DNA of 64,000 bases from Savitreella phatthalungensis (taxonomy: Eukaryota): NCBI GenBank assembly GCA_051599415.1, contig AP039698.1:434001-498000 (forward strand), given 5' to 3'. Below the pieces are notes generated by a model. It worked only from the letters and a program-made list of their open reading frames with translations. It searched no databases and was not told where the DNA came from. Below are positions 1 through 11,301 of the stretch, piece by piece. Position 1 is the first letter of the stretch. The number at the start of each line of letters is the position of its first letter. A program made the translations under genes and the position numbers.

Positions 1-407
1 CAATTCAATCGCAGATTATTTGTATATATCGATCAGATCGTCATTAGAAGCCGATCAAGGTTGAAAAACTTTTCCTTTTTCCGCCCGCGCCGTTCAGTAT
101 TTAACCACACATGAATTTGTTGTATACACGTATAATATATACTGTATGTATGCAGGTAGAAAATAGTGTCAAGCCGATCTGCCAGATTCAGTAACTCGAT
201 TATTCCACTTCGATCGATCGGTTCATCCATCCATCGAACCATCCAAACCATCCATCCACACCTCCAGACAGACGGTACCACTCGCCTACCCACCAACAAG
301 CCCATACCCTACACGCCAGACACCATCACCCTACCACCGCGGTCATCCCTTTCTTCTCGAACAAAGCAATCGTCTACTAATATCTCATATACACATTCCA
401 TAAAATC

Positions 408-1709
408 ATGTCCATCCCATACAAGGTCGCAGACATCAACCTCGCCGCTTATGGCCGCAAGGAGATCGAGATCTCAGAGTCTGAGATGCCCGGACTCATG
501 CAGACACGTGCAAAGTACGGCTCACAGCAGCCTCTCAAGGGTGCACGCATCGCAGGTTGTCTCCACATGACAATCCAGACTGCTGTCCTCATCGAGACAC
601 TCGTCTACCTCGGTGCCGAGGTCACCTGGTCCTCCTGCAACATCTTCTCCACCCAGGACCACGCAGCTGCAGCCATCGCCGCCGCTGGTGTCCCAGTCTT
701 TGCCTGGAAGGGAGAGACCGAGGAGGAGTACCTCTGGTGCATTGAGCAACAGCTCAAGTCCTTCAAGGACGGAAAGTCCCTCAACATGATCCTTGACGAC
801 GGAGGTGACCTCACTGCCCTCGTGCACGAGAAGTACCCCGAGATGCTCAACGACTGCCGCGGTATCTCTGAGGAGACCACCACCGGTGTCCACCACCTCT
901 ACCGCATGATGAAGAAGGGACAGCTCCGTGTGCCTGCCATCAACGTCAACGACTCTGTCACAAAGTCAAAGTTCGACAACCTGTTTGGCTGCAAGGAGTC
1001 CCTCGTCGACGGCATCAAGCGTGCCACAGATGTCATGATCGGTGGCAAGGTCGCCGTCGTTGCCGGATTCGGTGATGTCGGCAAGGGCTGTGCCCGTGCT
1101 CTTCACTCCATGGGAGCTCGTGTCATCGTGACTGAAATTGACCCTATCAACGCCCTGCAGGCTGCCGTCGAGGGATACGAAGTCACCGACATGGACGCTG
1201 CCGCGCCCCAGGGACAGATCTTCGTGACGACCACCGGTTGCCGTGACATCATCACCCAGCGCGAATTCGAGGTTATGCGTGACGACGCCATCGTCTGCAA
1301 CATCGGCCACTTCGACATCGAGATTGACGTCGCATGGTTGAAGAAGAACGCCAAGTCGGTCGTCAACATCAAGCCCCAGGTCGACCGTTTCCTCATGCCT
1401 TCCGGCCGTCACATCATCCTTCTCGCCGAGGGCCGTCTTGTCAACCTCGGCTGTGCCACTGGCCACCCGTCCTTCGTCATGTCCATGTCGTTCACCAACC
1501 AGGTTCTTGCCCAGATTGCTCTCTGGAACGCTAAGGAGGGCGAGTACCCGCTCGGTGTCCACGTCCTCCCGAAGATCCTCGACGAGGAGGTCGCCCGTCT
1601 CCACCTCGACAAGCTCGGCGTCAAGCTCCAGAAGATGAGCGACGTCCAGGCCGAGTACACCGGTCTCGCTGTCGAGGGTCCCTTCAAGTCGGACCACTAC
1701 CGCTACTAA
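408..1709 (+). CDS. SAH1: Adenosylhomocysteinase (S-adenosyl-L-homocysteine hydrolase)
   Basis: 433 aa ORF with family motifs [45 protein letters not shown]-binding GFGDVGKG and C-terminal [10 protein letters not shown]; strong codon bias. Confidence 0.98.
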   Translation: MSIPYKVADINLAAYGRKEIEISESEMPGLMQTRAKYGSQQPLKGARIAGCLHMTIQTAVLIETLVYLGAEVTWSSCNIFSTQDHAAAAIAAAGVPVFAWKGETEEEYLWCIEQQLKSFKDGKSLNMILDDGGDLTALVHEKYPEMLNDCRGISEETTTGVHHLYRMMKKGQLRVPAINVNDSVTKSKFDNLFGCKESLVDGIKRATDVMIGGKVAVVAGFGDVGKGCARALHSMGARVIVTEIDPINALQAAVEGYEVTDMDAAAPQGQIFVTTTGCRDIITQREFEVMRDDAIVCNIGHFDIEIDVAWLKKNAKSVVNIKPQVDRFLMPSGRHIILLAEGRLVNLGCATGHPSFVMSMSFTNQVLAQIALWNAKEGEYPLGVHVLPKILDEEVARLHLDKLGVKLQKMSDVQAEYTGLAVEGPFKSDHYRY

Positions 1710-2217
1710 GCTGCCCTTTCCACTCGTGTTTCGAGGAGTGAAAACTTCAGCGACCGGTCCACGCTCTTTAACTGAGCGCCGACAACAAACGAAAGACCAG
1801 ATCGTTTCCCAAGGTCTCTTGTCTTTCTCTTGGACCATCCTTTCTCATGACTGTCTCAACGAACCCTAATGAGCCCCCTCCCCTTCTTTCAGCCTTTCTA
1901 AACCACCCTTTACCAACTTAAAAAGCAAAAGTTGCCTTTTCCTTCCATTTCTATTCTTTCAACCTCTACACGTATAGACGACCCTTCAACGATCGAAACA
2001 AGAACGTCAACCTGACTTGACCCCGACCTACCTTCACCGCCACATAGACAACACACCAAAAAATGCGGGAAGAAACTTATTCAACGCCACCTCTTCCCCC
2101 TTTCTCCGGAGACATAAGTTCCTTCCATACACACACACACACAAACATACACAACAAACTCTCTGCGTTTGTGTGCGGGTGTGTGCGAAGTCAACTGCGT
2201 CTTCCCACTTGGTAGTT

Positions 2218-2690
2218 CAACAAAAGATACCAATCTCCACTGTAGACCAAGACACGCCACCGTGATCGTATCTGCTTTGCTACCATGTCATGTCACGTCA
2301 TGCAATTCATTAACCCTCACCCTAACCCTAACTCTAACCCTAACCCTGACTCTATGTCCGTAATTTCTCCTCTTCTGTGTGTGTCTCTCTCTAGATGTTG
2401 CTACTGATGATTTCTCATGCGCGTAGTCTCTTGGCTTACGATTGCCCTTGGGGCGTGACCGTCGCTCACAACAAAAGATACCAATCTCCACTGTAGACCA
2501 AGACACGCCACCGTGATCGTATCTGCTTTTCCACCATGTCATGTCATGTCATGCTATTCATTAGGCTAGAACTCCAGAACTCCTATTCTTGTGTGAGTGT
2601 TTGTGTGTCTCTGTCTATGTTGCTAGTGGGTGATTTCTCATGCGCGTGGTCTCTTGGCTTCCGATTGCCCTTGGGCGTGATTGTCACTCA
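2218..2690. repeat. Imperfect tandem duplication (period ~251 bp) of the kinase 3' end and 3' UTR
   Basis: CAACAAAAGATACCAATCTCCACTGTAGACCAAGACACGCCACCGTGATCGTATCTGCTTT starts at both 2218 and 2469; TGATTTCTCATGCGCGT..CTCTTGGCTT.CGATTGCCCTTGGG also recurs at ~2408 and ~2631. Confidence 0.93.
2311..2352. repeat. Interstitial telomere-like (TAACCC)n tract, 7 units, 3 of them degenerate
   Basis: TAACCC TCACCC TAACCC TAACTC TAACCC TAACCC TGACTC, present in only one copy of the tandem duplication. Confidence 0.8.
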
Positions 2691-4863
2691 TTTCTACACC
2701 GCCGTCGCTCGACAGTGGTCTCTTGAGGGCGGTGGTGGATGTGATGTTGGCGATGCGAGCGATCATGGACTTTGAGGCGAGCGGTGCGGTGACGTAGCCT
2801 GTGGTCGTGGCGTTGGCGTTCTGGTGGGTTGAGTCTGTGGGAATGGGGCCAGGACCGAGGTGGAATGCCGACTCGTCATACCTGGACGAGCCGAGGACGA
2901 GACCACCTCGATAGTTCGGGCGACCGAACGAGTCATCGCCATCATCATCCTCGTCATCGTCCTCCCCTTCGCTCGCAAAGTCGGCAGTCGAAATACCTGC
3001 GGGCACCCAGGCGCAATTGGGTAGCATCGTGTCATCGCGTTCCAGCGCTCCCACGCTAGGTATTGTCGTTGCGGCGTTCGCACTCGGAGACGCCGTGTCC
3101 TCGCTTGAGAAACGGCTGGTCGGCGGCAAGGCTGCACCCAGGGGCGACGCAGATGGTGCAGGCTTCTTGAGCGGAGTGATCGTCGCTTCTTTGTCAAGAA
3201 CAGCGGGGTTTCCACCCGGGGGCCGATTCTCCTTCGCCGGTCGAGGTTCAGGCACGCGGAACGGTGATTTGTCGAAGCCGAAGGGAGAGTTGGTGGAGAT
3301 GCCGTTCTGTCCCTGCGGATTGAGGTGATTGCCCTTGGGCGCAGGCGAGCGGAACATCGCACTCTCCTCCATCAAGTCCTCCCCGTGCCATCCGCCTCCT
3401 TGGTGTGCTTGAGCTCCTTCGGCTTCGTCGCCCGACGCTCGGCGATACTCTGCTTCCGTGATCCAGGGGTGGCGCAATGCTTGTTCGCCGGTGATGCGCT
3501 TGGCGGGATCTGTTTGCAGGCACTGCTCAATGAAGTCCAGACAGTGAGGAGAGACTTTGAGCTGATGGAGTGCAGCGACATCGAAAGCGCCCTTCTGAAT
3601 TACCCGCATCATGCCTTCCTGCCCCTGGTTCTCTGGAGCTGTGAAGGGCATGCTGCCGGCAACGCAAATGAATGCAACACATCCGACACTCCACATGTCG
3701 ACTGAAGTCGAGTATGCGCCTTGCACGCGTCCATGCATGGAGATCACCTCGGGTGCGACATAAGTGAGTGTGCCGCAGAAAGTCTTTAGGAACGACCCGG
3801 GCTCAACCATTTTCGCCAGTCCAAAATCCGTGAGTTTGCATACTGGAGGCTCTGAAGATGTCAAAAGAATATTCTCCGGCTTGATGTCACGATGGGCAAT
3901 GCCGATGCGGTGGCAATAGACAAGTGCCGAAAGAATCTGTTGCACGATTTGAACGCTTTCGTAATCCGACAGCCTGCCACGCTTGATGATGTAGTCCATA
4001 AGGTCTCCCCCACTGCAGTATTCGAGCACGAGGAAGATGTCTCTGTCATCGTGCCACATGTCGACGTACTGAACAATATTTGGGTGTCTGGTAGATTGCA
4101 AGATCTCGATTTCGCGCTTGAAGAGCTCTGCAGCCTTGGCCGAGGCGCTTGTGATGGCGAGCTTGCGTTGATTGAGGATCTTGACGGCATAGCGTGTTCC
4201 GTTGGTGCGATCGATGCACTCCTTGACTTCAGCAAATGCGCCAGATCCAAGCAGATTGCCAATCTTGTACTTCTGCATGCATCTCTCTGCCTCAGCAGAG
4301 AAACCAGGTCTAGCAGATCCGCTCTTGCCGCCACCTGATGTGCCTACCACGGCACCGCCGCTAGGTAGTCCTCCTGCAGGTTCAACCCCACGGCTGCTGG
4401 CTGGAAGCTGAACGACAAAACGGACCTCGTCGCGTGCGACACCAAGTCCAGCTGCGATCTCGTCGCCATTAGCCAGGACGATCGATTCGCCTTTGCCCAT
4501 CCGCGCCTGGTTGAAGAAAGTGCCATTTGTGGAGCAGTCCTGTAGCATGATCACGGACGACACTCCCGGCCGTCGTGCGTGCTCTGCTCCGGCCATCTCT
4601 TCCCACACCTTGAAGTGGACATTCGAGAATCGATTGCCTGGAAGGATAAAGTCGCAGCTGTGGTGTCTGCCAAACTTGTACACGTACCCTGGGGCGCGTC
4701 GAGGGATCACAATCGTCGGTACCTTGTCCTGGTTGCACAAGGACACAAAACGAGCAAAGACGTGATCTGCATCGAAAGAGGCCGCGTAACTGGCGAACGC
4801 GTCACTCTCCTGTGTCTGTGTCTGTGTCGCTTGAGTTGCAGCAGGGTCACTGACTGCTGTCAT
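2638..4863 (-). CDS. FHA-domain Ser/Thr checkpoint kinase (Cds1/Chk2/Rad53 family)
   Basis: N-terminal TQ cluster (TQATQTQTQ), FHA motifs (FGRH, SNVH, STNGTF), kinase motifs GSGAFAEV, AVK, HRDIKPEN, DFG, GTLTYVAPE; long low-complexity tail with no second FHA seen. Confidence 0.9.
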   Translation of the reverse strand: MTAVSDPAATQATQTQTQESDAFASYAASFDADHVFARFVSLCNQDKVPTIVIPRRAPGYVYKFGRHHSCDFILPGNRFSNVHFKVWEEMAGAEHARRPGVSSVIMLQDCSTNGTFFNQARMGKGESIVLANGDEIAAGLGVARDEVRFVVQLPASSRGVEPAGGLPSGGAVVGTSGGGKSGSARPGFSAEAERCMQKYKIGNLLGSGAFAEVKECIDRTNGTRYAVKILNQRKLAITSASAKAAELFKREIEILQSTRHPNIVQYVDMWHDDRDIFLVLEYCSGGDLMDYIIKRGRLSDYESVQIVQQILSALVYCHRIGIAHRDIKPENILLTSSEPPVCKLTDFGLAKMVEPGSFLKTFCGTLTYVAPEVISMHGRVQGAYSTSVDMWSVGCVAFICVAGSMPFTAPENQGQEGMMRVIQKGAFDVAALHQLKVSPHCLDFIEQCLQTDPAKRITGEQALRHPWITEAEYRRASGDEAEGAQAHQGGGWHGEDLMEESAMFRSPAPKGNHLNPQGQNGISTNSPFGFDKSPFRVPEPRPAKENRPPGGNPAVLDKEATITPLKKPAPSASPLGAALPPTSRFSSEDTASPSANAATTIPSVGALERDDTMLPNCAWVPAGISTADFASEGEDDDEDDDGDDSFGRPNYRGGLVLGSSRYDESAFHLGPGPIPTDSTHQNANATTTGYVTAPLASKSMIARIANITSTTALKRPLSSDGGVEMSDNHAQGQSEAKRPRA

Positions 4864-5472
4864 CGTGCAAGGATAGGGATTAGGGCGTGTTGTGTAGCGC
4901 GTTTGTCACCGTTTTCGCGTCTTTGACGGTATTGCCACAGCCGGCAGCCTTTCAAAAGAGCAGGAAAGATGCTTCCCGGTTTGTGGTTGTGTCTGTACAG
5001 CGTCAGGGATGCTGATAGGGATATCACCGTCAAGAAGACGATCTGGTTGCTATTGTTGTCCCTGGGGTTGGGCACGAGATGCGTGACCTGATACTTTGGT
5101 ATGCGTGCGGATCAGTGGTTGCAGTCTAATTTCAACATAGCTACAAGGAAAGAATTGATCGAGTGAAACACGATTCGCATTCCAGAGACGCGTCTGCCAT
5201 GTACACGCATACATTTTCATACATGCACATGATGAAAGAGACACAGTGAAGCAAAGATGCAAGAGACTATCCTAGTCAGCTGATACTTAGCTAGAAGATT
5301 GAGTGCAACTGTAACTTATGAGACAAGATGTCATTCAATCAGAGACGCGCCGCGCTTGAAAGAGTCCTTGTTTGCACAAGCTGTGGTGGAAGTGATCTAT
5401 TATAATGTCGAGGCAGGGGAAGAAGGGAAAGGAACAAGCTAGTTGCGTATATTTTGCAGATGAGCTTGCGTA

Positions 5473-7005
5473 CTAAAGCAGAAGCTCGAGCGGATTCTCC
5501 ATGATACGCTTGAACGCCGAAGTCCACTTTGCGCCAACTGCACCATCGACAACGCGGTGGTCAGATGATAGTGTACACTTCATCGTCTTGACAGCTCGGA
5601 ATCCGCGCTCGGACGATGGGTCGAGCTCCAGAACGTCCTTGGTCTCACCAACCGCGAGGATGCACGCCTGAGGAGGGTTGATGATGGCTGTGAAACTGTC
5701 GATGCCAAACATGCCAAGGTTGGAAATGGTGAATGTGCCACCCTGATATTCGTCTGGCTTGAGCTTGCCATCCCGAGCCTTTTTGGCGAGCTCCTTTGTC
5801 GTGTTGGATATAGTCGAAAGTCCCTTGGCCTGGACAGTCTTGACGATGGGCGTCATGAGGCCTGTAGGTGTAGCAACGGCGATGGAGATGTCGGCATTGT
5901 GGTTCTGACGGATAAATTCGCCGTACCATGCGCTGTTGGCCTCTGGAACCTCGACGAGGGCCTGCGCAGCAGCCTTGACGATGAAGTCGTTGACAGAGAG
6001 CTTGTAGCGCCCGTCCGCCTTGGCATTCAGCGCCTCGCGCAGCTTGAGAATCTTGTCCATCTTAATCGAGACAGTCAAGTAGTAGTGTGGGGACGAGTTC
6101 TTCGACTCAGATAGACGAGCAGCAATCGTCTTACGCATGCCGGTCAGCGGAATGTCGGTGTATGCTGCTTCGCCAGATGCACCTGAGCTCGAGATCGCTG
6201 CAGGCTTGTCTGCAGGTGCCTTTGCGATCTTTGGTGCTGCCGCGGCTGCTGCAGGTGCTGCGCTTGGCTTGTAGTTCTCGACGTCAGCCTTGACGATGCG
6301 TCCGTCTGGCCCGGTGCCCTTGATATCGCGAAGAGCGATGCCGCGGTCCTCGGCGAGACGTCGTGCAACAGGTGACGCGCTGATGCGACCTCCAGTCGAA
6401 GGAGCGGCTGATGAAGCTGATGACTCAGATGCTGGCTGTTCAGCGGGCTTCGTGTCTGTCTGCCGTGCTGCTGGTGGTTCGGAGTCTGTCGATTTTGCCT
6501 GCTTCTCCTGTGCACCTTCACCGTCCTTTGGTTGCTCTGCCTTGGCCTCTGCCTCTTTAGCACCTCCCGCATCCTCGACGGTGAACTCTGCAAAGGCGGA
6601 AACATCACTCTCATTCTCGACCAGAACCGCGATGGCTGTACCGACCTGCACGTCCTTCGAGCCTGCTTCTAGCAGTGTTTTTGCGATGAATCCTTCCTCC
6701 TGGAACTCAAAGTCCATCTGGGCTTTGTCTGTCTCAATCTCGACAAGAACGTCTCCAGGAGCGATGCTGTCTCCTGCTGACTTCTGCCAGGCTCCAATGT
6801 TGCCCTGTGTCATGGTAGGAGATAGTGCTGGCATGAGAATGACCTGGTGCTCCGGGAAGGACTTTGATGCGTAGGTGCGTCCAATAGCATTATAGACCGC
6901 TGGAGAGAGTGAGTCTAACAAGGTCGATCGAAATGCTGGTGCGATTGCTGGTCGGCTGCTCGAGCGTGCGAGTGCCGATGATGACAAGCGCAGAGCCCTG
7001 AACAT
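5473..7005 (-). CDS. LAT1: Dihydrolipoamide acetyltransferase, PDH E2
   Basis: Mitochondrial presequence, lipoyl domain (MPALSPTM...ETDKA), E3-binding ASPVARRLA...GTGPDGRI, catalytic DHRVVDGA. Confidence 0.97.
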   Translation of the reverse strand: MFRALRLSSSALARSSSRPAIAPAFRSTLLDSLSPAVYNAIGRTYASKSFPEHQVILMPALSPTMTQGNIGAWQKSAGDSIAPGDVLVEIETDKAQMDFEFQEEGFIAKTLLEAGSKDVQVGTAIAVLVENESDVSAFAEFTVEDAGGAKEAEAKAEQPKDGEGAQEKQAKSTDSEPPAARQTDTKPAEQPASESSASSAAPSTGGRISASPVARRLAEDRGIALRDIKGTGPDGRIVKADVENYKPSAAPAAAAAAPKIAKAPADKPAAISSSGASGEAAYTDIPLTGMRKTIAARLSESKNSSPHYYLTVSIKMDKILKLREALNAKADGRYKLSVNDFIVKAAAQALVEVPEANSAWYGEFIRQNHNADISIAVATPTGLMTPIVKTVQAKGLSTISNTTKELAKKARDGKLKPDEYQGGTFTISNLGMFGIDSFTAIINPPQACILAVGETKDVLELDPSSERGFRAVKTMKCTLSSDHRVVDGAVGAKWTSAFKRIMENPLELLL

Positions 7006-7462
7006 GGCTCTCTCGGAAAGGAGGAATCAGGCTCTGATGGAGATAGTTGCTCAACGGAAAGTGGAGCACAGAGACTCTGAAGCTTCTCGCAGGGCTGAAG
7101 CTTGCCTAGAAGCGTGGAACGATGCAGATGAAGCTACGACCCGCTTTGTCTGCGCTTGATCTGCACGTAAGAAGACAAGAGTCTGAGTATGAGAGAAGTG
7201 TGAGTGTGCTGGTGTGTGTGCGCCGTTAGGGAGAATGAACCTTGATCGGTCTATCGACTAAATCGCCCACCACCGGCCGAACCAAATTCTTTTTGTCGAC
7301 CCACCGGAATTCACGAATCACAGAGCAGCAAATTTCAAGTGAAGCTATATAATTAATCTTGAGACGGAAAATGAGAAAAATTCTAATAAGGATTATAACA
7401 GTATTTCAATATACTGTGCTGTGCGTACGTATGAGTCGAGTCAATCAGCGAGGCAACCATCC

Positions 7463-7487
7463 AGTCAAGTCAAGTCAAGTCAAGTCA
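7463..7487. repeat. (AGTCA)5 microsatellite
   Basis: Five perfect pentamer units in the LAT1-UTP7 divergent intergenic region. Confidence 0.8.
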
Positions 7488-7757
7488 GGGAAGTTCCAGT
7501 CGATCATATGGATGACTCGAGACAGCGAAGTAAGCTGATACAGCGTAATAAAGCTATGTCTTGGCTGTCAAAAGTCGATTGTGCAGATTGAATGGTCGTA
7601 GAGAGCTTGAAGAATCTGTCTGTACTGTACATACAATCAACTGAGTGAACCACAATTGCAGGGCAGCTCATTCCTGAATTGAATCGTTGGACCGATCAAT
7701 GGCATTAAAGGTCAGGTCAATCAATTGCACGTGTAGCCTGGTGGAAACAATCTTTAC

Positions 7758-7789
7758 ACGTACGTACCTACGTACGTACGTACGTACGT
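7758..7789. repeat. (ACGT)n palindromic microsatellite
   Basis: ACGTACGTACCTACGTACGTACGTACGTACGT. Confidence 0.8.
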
Positions 7790-8569
7790 TATAATGCATG
7801 TCTGATTCGAACATGATCGATCGATTCAATTCGAGATCGATCGATGGAAATCAGGTAATTTCCATTCCGTAAACTTGCAGCGGACGCGGAATTCTCTTGA
7901 CCTTCAACTGTCAGTCAGGTCATCCAGTCATCATTCAGGCAAGAAAGACCATAACAAGCCTGGCCACGTACAATTTCAAGGTTCTATCGACTCGCAGTAC
8001 TGAATCGCAGCATGACGGTCGCGATACACATGTCGTGTGACATCATTTAAACCTGCTGTCGTGAGCTGGTCAGCAGATTCTTCATGCGAGAGTCTTGTCC
8101 AATGAGTCCTGGATTTGCGGGATAGTATCTTTGACACTTTGAGTGTACCTTCGCAGCACTTCTACGAGAATACTGAGGCATGAGTCATCTACTGGAAGCT
8201 AGCGTGATGACACAGGCATGCATGTGTCATAGCGAATGTTGCGATGACATCTGCTCTCCATGACCTGTGAAGACCACTTCCATGCTGGATTGAGAGCTGC
8301 ATTGAAATGAATGCTCGGAATCAAAGTTTACTCAATCGACTGATTGAGTGATTCTTCAATCGACTCATGATCCGTATCACGCACGTGCAAACAAGACTGA
8401 TCTCGATCAAATCTCCATCGTGCCTGGTACTGACATCAACTTGAACTCTTGAGTGCCCCGACAAAGTCGTCTCTCTCTTCAGCTCGACATCGTCTACCGC
8501 ACAAATCATCTGCCAGCATGCTTGCTTAGAAGCTACTCACGCGTCGCGCTAACTCGAAAATCTCCAGGA

Positions 8570-10162
8570 ATGCCATCTGCAGTCACATTCCCAGATCTAG
8601 ATGCGGGCGCATATAATCGAGGCGGTAAGCCCGTCGCCTACAGCAAACTAAAAGATAAGAAGCTCAAGTCCAAGCTGCGTCGGAATGAGCGCGAAATCGA
8701 GCAGGCAGAACGGGAAGCTGCGGCAACGGAACTTCTCGAGCGCGCGGATCCTGGATCACTCGAAGCAGAAGGGATCGAGCGCACCTACAAATTCAAGCAA
8801 TCGGAAATCCGAAAGCATCTCGATCTTGCTTCAGCCCAGAAGTCTTTCGACCTGAGTCTTGAATTCGGGCCGTACTCGTGCGACTTTACGCGTAACGGAC
8901 GATACCTACTGCTTGGCGGCGGCAAGGGACATCTTGCCACGCTCGACTGGAAATCCGGCAGGCTGATTAGCGAGATTCACGTTCGTGAACGAGTTCGCGA
9001 TGTATGCTTCCTTCAGAATGACTCGATGTACGCCGCAGCGCAGCGCAAATTCGTCTATATTTACGAGGGCAAGACTGGTGCGGAGATTCACTGTCTGAAG
9101 CACCACACAGAGGCCAATGCTTTGCAGTTCCTGCCTTTCCATTTCCTCCTCGCCAGCGTGGGTGACACAGGATGGCTGAAATACCAGGACGTCTCGACAG
9201 GTCAGCTGGTTTCAGAGCACCGATCGAAGCTTGGACCTTGCTTCGTCCTTGCGCAGAACCGCTGGAACGGTGTACTGATGACCGGTCACGGCAATGGTGT
9301 CGTCAACCTGTGGACGCCTCAACTTCGCGATCCAGCCGCACGTGTGCTGACACACAAGGCTCCTGTCACAGCTGTATCGGTCGATCGAGAAGGACGGTAT
9401 ATGGCGACGGCAGGGCGAGATGGACAGCTGAAAATCTGGGATCTGCGGTCAAGCTACAAAGAGCTTCATTCGTATTTCTGTCCGACGCCAGCAAAGAAGC
9501 TCGACATCTCCGACAGGGGTATGCTAGCAGTCGGCTGGGGCACACACGTCTCAGTGTGGAAAGACGCATTGGCGACAAAGCAACAGAGTCCGTATCTGAC
9601 GCACAACACTGGCGGCTCGGCGGCGACGTCGCTGCAGTTCGCTGCTTTCGAAGATGTGCTTGGACTTGGTCACGAGCGTGGTTACAGCTCCTTGATTGTG
9701 CCAGGCGCAGGCGAGGCCAATTACGATGCGCTAGAACTCAATCCATTCGAGTCGTCAGCGGACAAGCGGGAACGTGAGGTTCGCTCGCTGCTCGAGAAGC
9801 TGCCACCCAACACGATCGCCCTCGATCCATCGTTTGTTGGCGACATGGACAGAACTGCTCCAGAAATTCGTCAGAAAGAGGCTTTGGATGAGGCGCGGGA
9901 TCGTAAGGTGAAAGAAGATGCCGAGTACGTGCCACGAGAACGACAGCGCGGTCGCAACTCTGCACTCCGCAAGGTCCTTAGAAAGAAGAACAGGTACGTG
10001 ATCGACGAGCGCAGACTCAAGGTCGAACGACTCCTCGCGCAGGAGAAACAGCTGAAGGCAGATCGCGTCGCCCGCGAACGTGGCGAAAATCCAGAGTCCA
10101 AGGCGGATGTCGGCGTCGCCCTCTCCCGCTTCTCAGTCTTGAAAAAGGACAGAAGGTTGTAG
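8570..10162 (+). CDS. UTP7: U3 snoRNA-associated WD40 protein (WDR46/BING4 family)
   Basis: FGPY..FTRNGRYLLLGG.KGH, WD repeats, LQFLPFHFLL, BING4CT motif SSLIVPGAGEANYDALELNPFE...EREVRSLLEKL. Start moved to the first ATG (8570). Confidence 0.95.
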   Translation: MPSAVTFPDLDAGAYNRGGKPVAYSKLKDKKLKSKLRRNEREIEQAEREAAATELLERADPGSLEAEGIERTYKFKQSEIRKHLDLASAQKSFDLSLEFGPYSCDFTRNGRYLLLGGGKGHLATLDWKSGRLISEIHVRERVRDVCFLQNDSMYAAAQRKFVYIYEGKTGAEIHCLKHHTEANALQFLPFHFLLASVGDTGWLKYQDVSTGQLVSEHRSKLGPCFVLAQNRWNGVLMTGHGNGVVNLWTPQLRDPAARVLTHKAPVTAVSVDREGRYMATAGRDGQLKIWDLRSSYKELHSYFCPTPAKKLDISDRGMLAVGWGTHVSVWKDALATKQQSPYLTHNTGGSAATSLQFAAFEDVLGLGHERGYSSLIVPGAGEANYDALELNPFESSADKREREVRSLLEKLPPNTIALDPSFVGDMDRTAPEIRQKEALDEARDRKVKEDAEYVPRERQRGRNSALRKVLRKKNRYVIDERRLKVERLLAQEKQLKADRVARERGENPESKADVGVALSRFSVLKKDRRL

Positions 10163-10203
10163 CAGCATAGCTCTCATGTATGTATGTCGCGCTCGTTGAG
10201 CTT

Positions 10204-11130
10204 TCATTCCGAGTCGTATTCATCCTCCACACCATCAAATGTCTCCCTTTCCAATGTCGAAGATTCTTCAGCTGGCACAGGCTGAGGCACTTCTTTCTCT
10301 CTTGGTAGCGCTGCCGTGGCTTCCAAGATCGATTGAGCCGCTTGCTCAATGTCTTTGCCGTGTGTGGCGAAAAAGTCAGCTTCGGTACGAGGCGCTTCGA
10401 TTGTCTGCGTTTCGTGCGCCTCGTCGAAGTACGAGAGCTTAGCTGCGCGAGTCTCAGCATCGACTGCTTCATGCTCGACTTCGTCGAAAGGATCATAGTC
10501 ACTTCCGGCTTCTGAGAAGATGTCTCCGGTATCAGGCACCTTCTGCTGTTCTGCAGCTGTCGAGCGAGCTGCAGCCTCTTGCTCAGGCACGGCATCCATT
10601 CGCGATGAGCGGAACTGTGCAAGTACAGCAGCTCGATTGAGACGAGCTGTCTGATCCGTTCCCTGTTTCTGCTTCGCCGCTGCGCCTGCGGTAAACGCAG
10701 CTTCGAGATCATCTTCCGTAGCCGTCTCTGGAGTATCTTGATCTGTCGAAGTTGCGCTGTCCTTTGTATGAGCAGACGCTACAATAGCTGTTCCGGATTG
10801 TGCTTGTTGAGCACGGGTTTTGCGCAGTAATTCAAAGTCCAGTCCAACAGCAGGCTTGTCATCCTCCGCGTTTCGACGCCTCCGAATCTGTTCGGCAGTC
10901 ACGGAAGGCTCCGTTTGAGCTGAATGCTTGCTGAAGCCTCGTGGCAGCAATGATGCGATCGGCACACGGCTGGCAGATGACCTTTTGCCGTCATACCGTC
11001 TGCCAGAGTATGCAGGCGATTCACGATCGTCGTCCCGTGTGGTCCGCTTGCCGAGCACACTCGATGAATCTTCAGGCTCCGTCCTCTTCGGCTTCTCTGC
11101 CAGCAGCCTGCGAAAGTCGTCCTGATTCAT
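10204..11130 (-). CDS. RED-like (RED_N domain) nuclear/splicing-associated protein
   Basis: Starts MNQDDFRRLL and contains GLDFELLRK and DIFSEAGSDYDP, motifs typical of fungal RED-like proteins. Confidence 0.7.
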   Translation of the reverse strand: MNQDDFRRLLAEKPKRTEPEDSSSVLGKRTTRDDDRESPAYSGRRYDGKRSSASRVPIASLLPRGFSKHSAQTEPSVTAEQIRRRRNAEDDKPAVGLDFELLRKTRAQQAQSGTAIVASAHTKDSATSTDQDTPETATEDDLEAAFTAGAAAKQKQGTDQTARLNRAAVLAQFRSSRMDAVPEQEAAARSTAAEQQKVPDTGDIFSEAGSDYDPFDEVEHEAVDAETRAAKLSYFDEAHETQTIEAPRTEADFFATHGKDIEQAAQSILEATAALPREKEVPQPVPAEESSTLERETFDGVEDEYDSE

Positions 11131-11301
11131 TGTGCTTCGCCCACGCCATCATGGCGATGAACTGCAGCGCGTCATTATCATATATCATCTCCATGGTTGT
11201 GCATTCGACGCTTTACCAGAAGCCATGCATACGAACCACAACGCTTCGGGAATAGTGTGGAGAGGGCAAAGATATGATCACTTCAGGTAGGGCAAAAATC
11301 A

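Noticed and set aside
966..1838. Long antisense or alternative-frame ORFs (also 19499-20281, 25131-25667, 36655-37632, 52252-52884)
   Set aside because: Shadows of codon-biased real genes on the other strand; no domain motifs.
2311..2352. True chromosome end
   Set aside because: Short, degenerate and flanked by ordinary genes on both sides.
7276..7290. GCCGAACCAA shared upstream of LAT1 and ACO1 (27505)
   Set aside because: A single 10-mer match is expected many times by chance in 64 kb.
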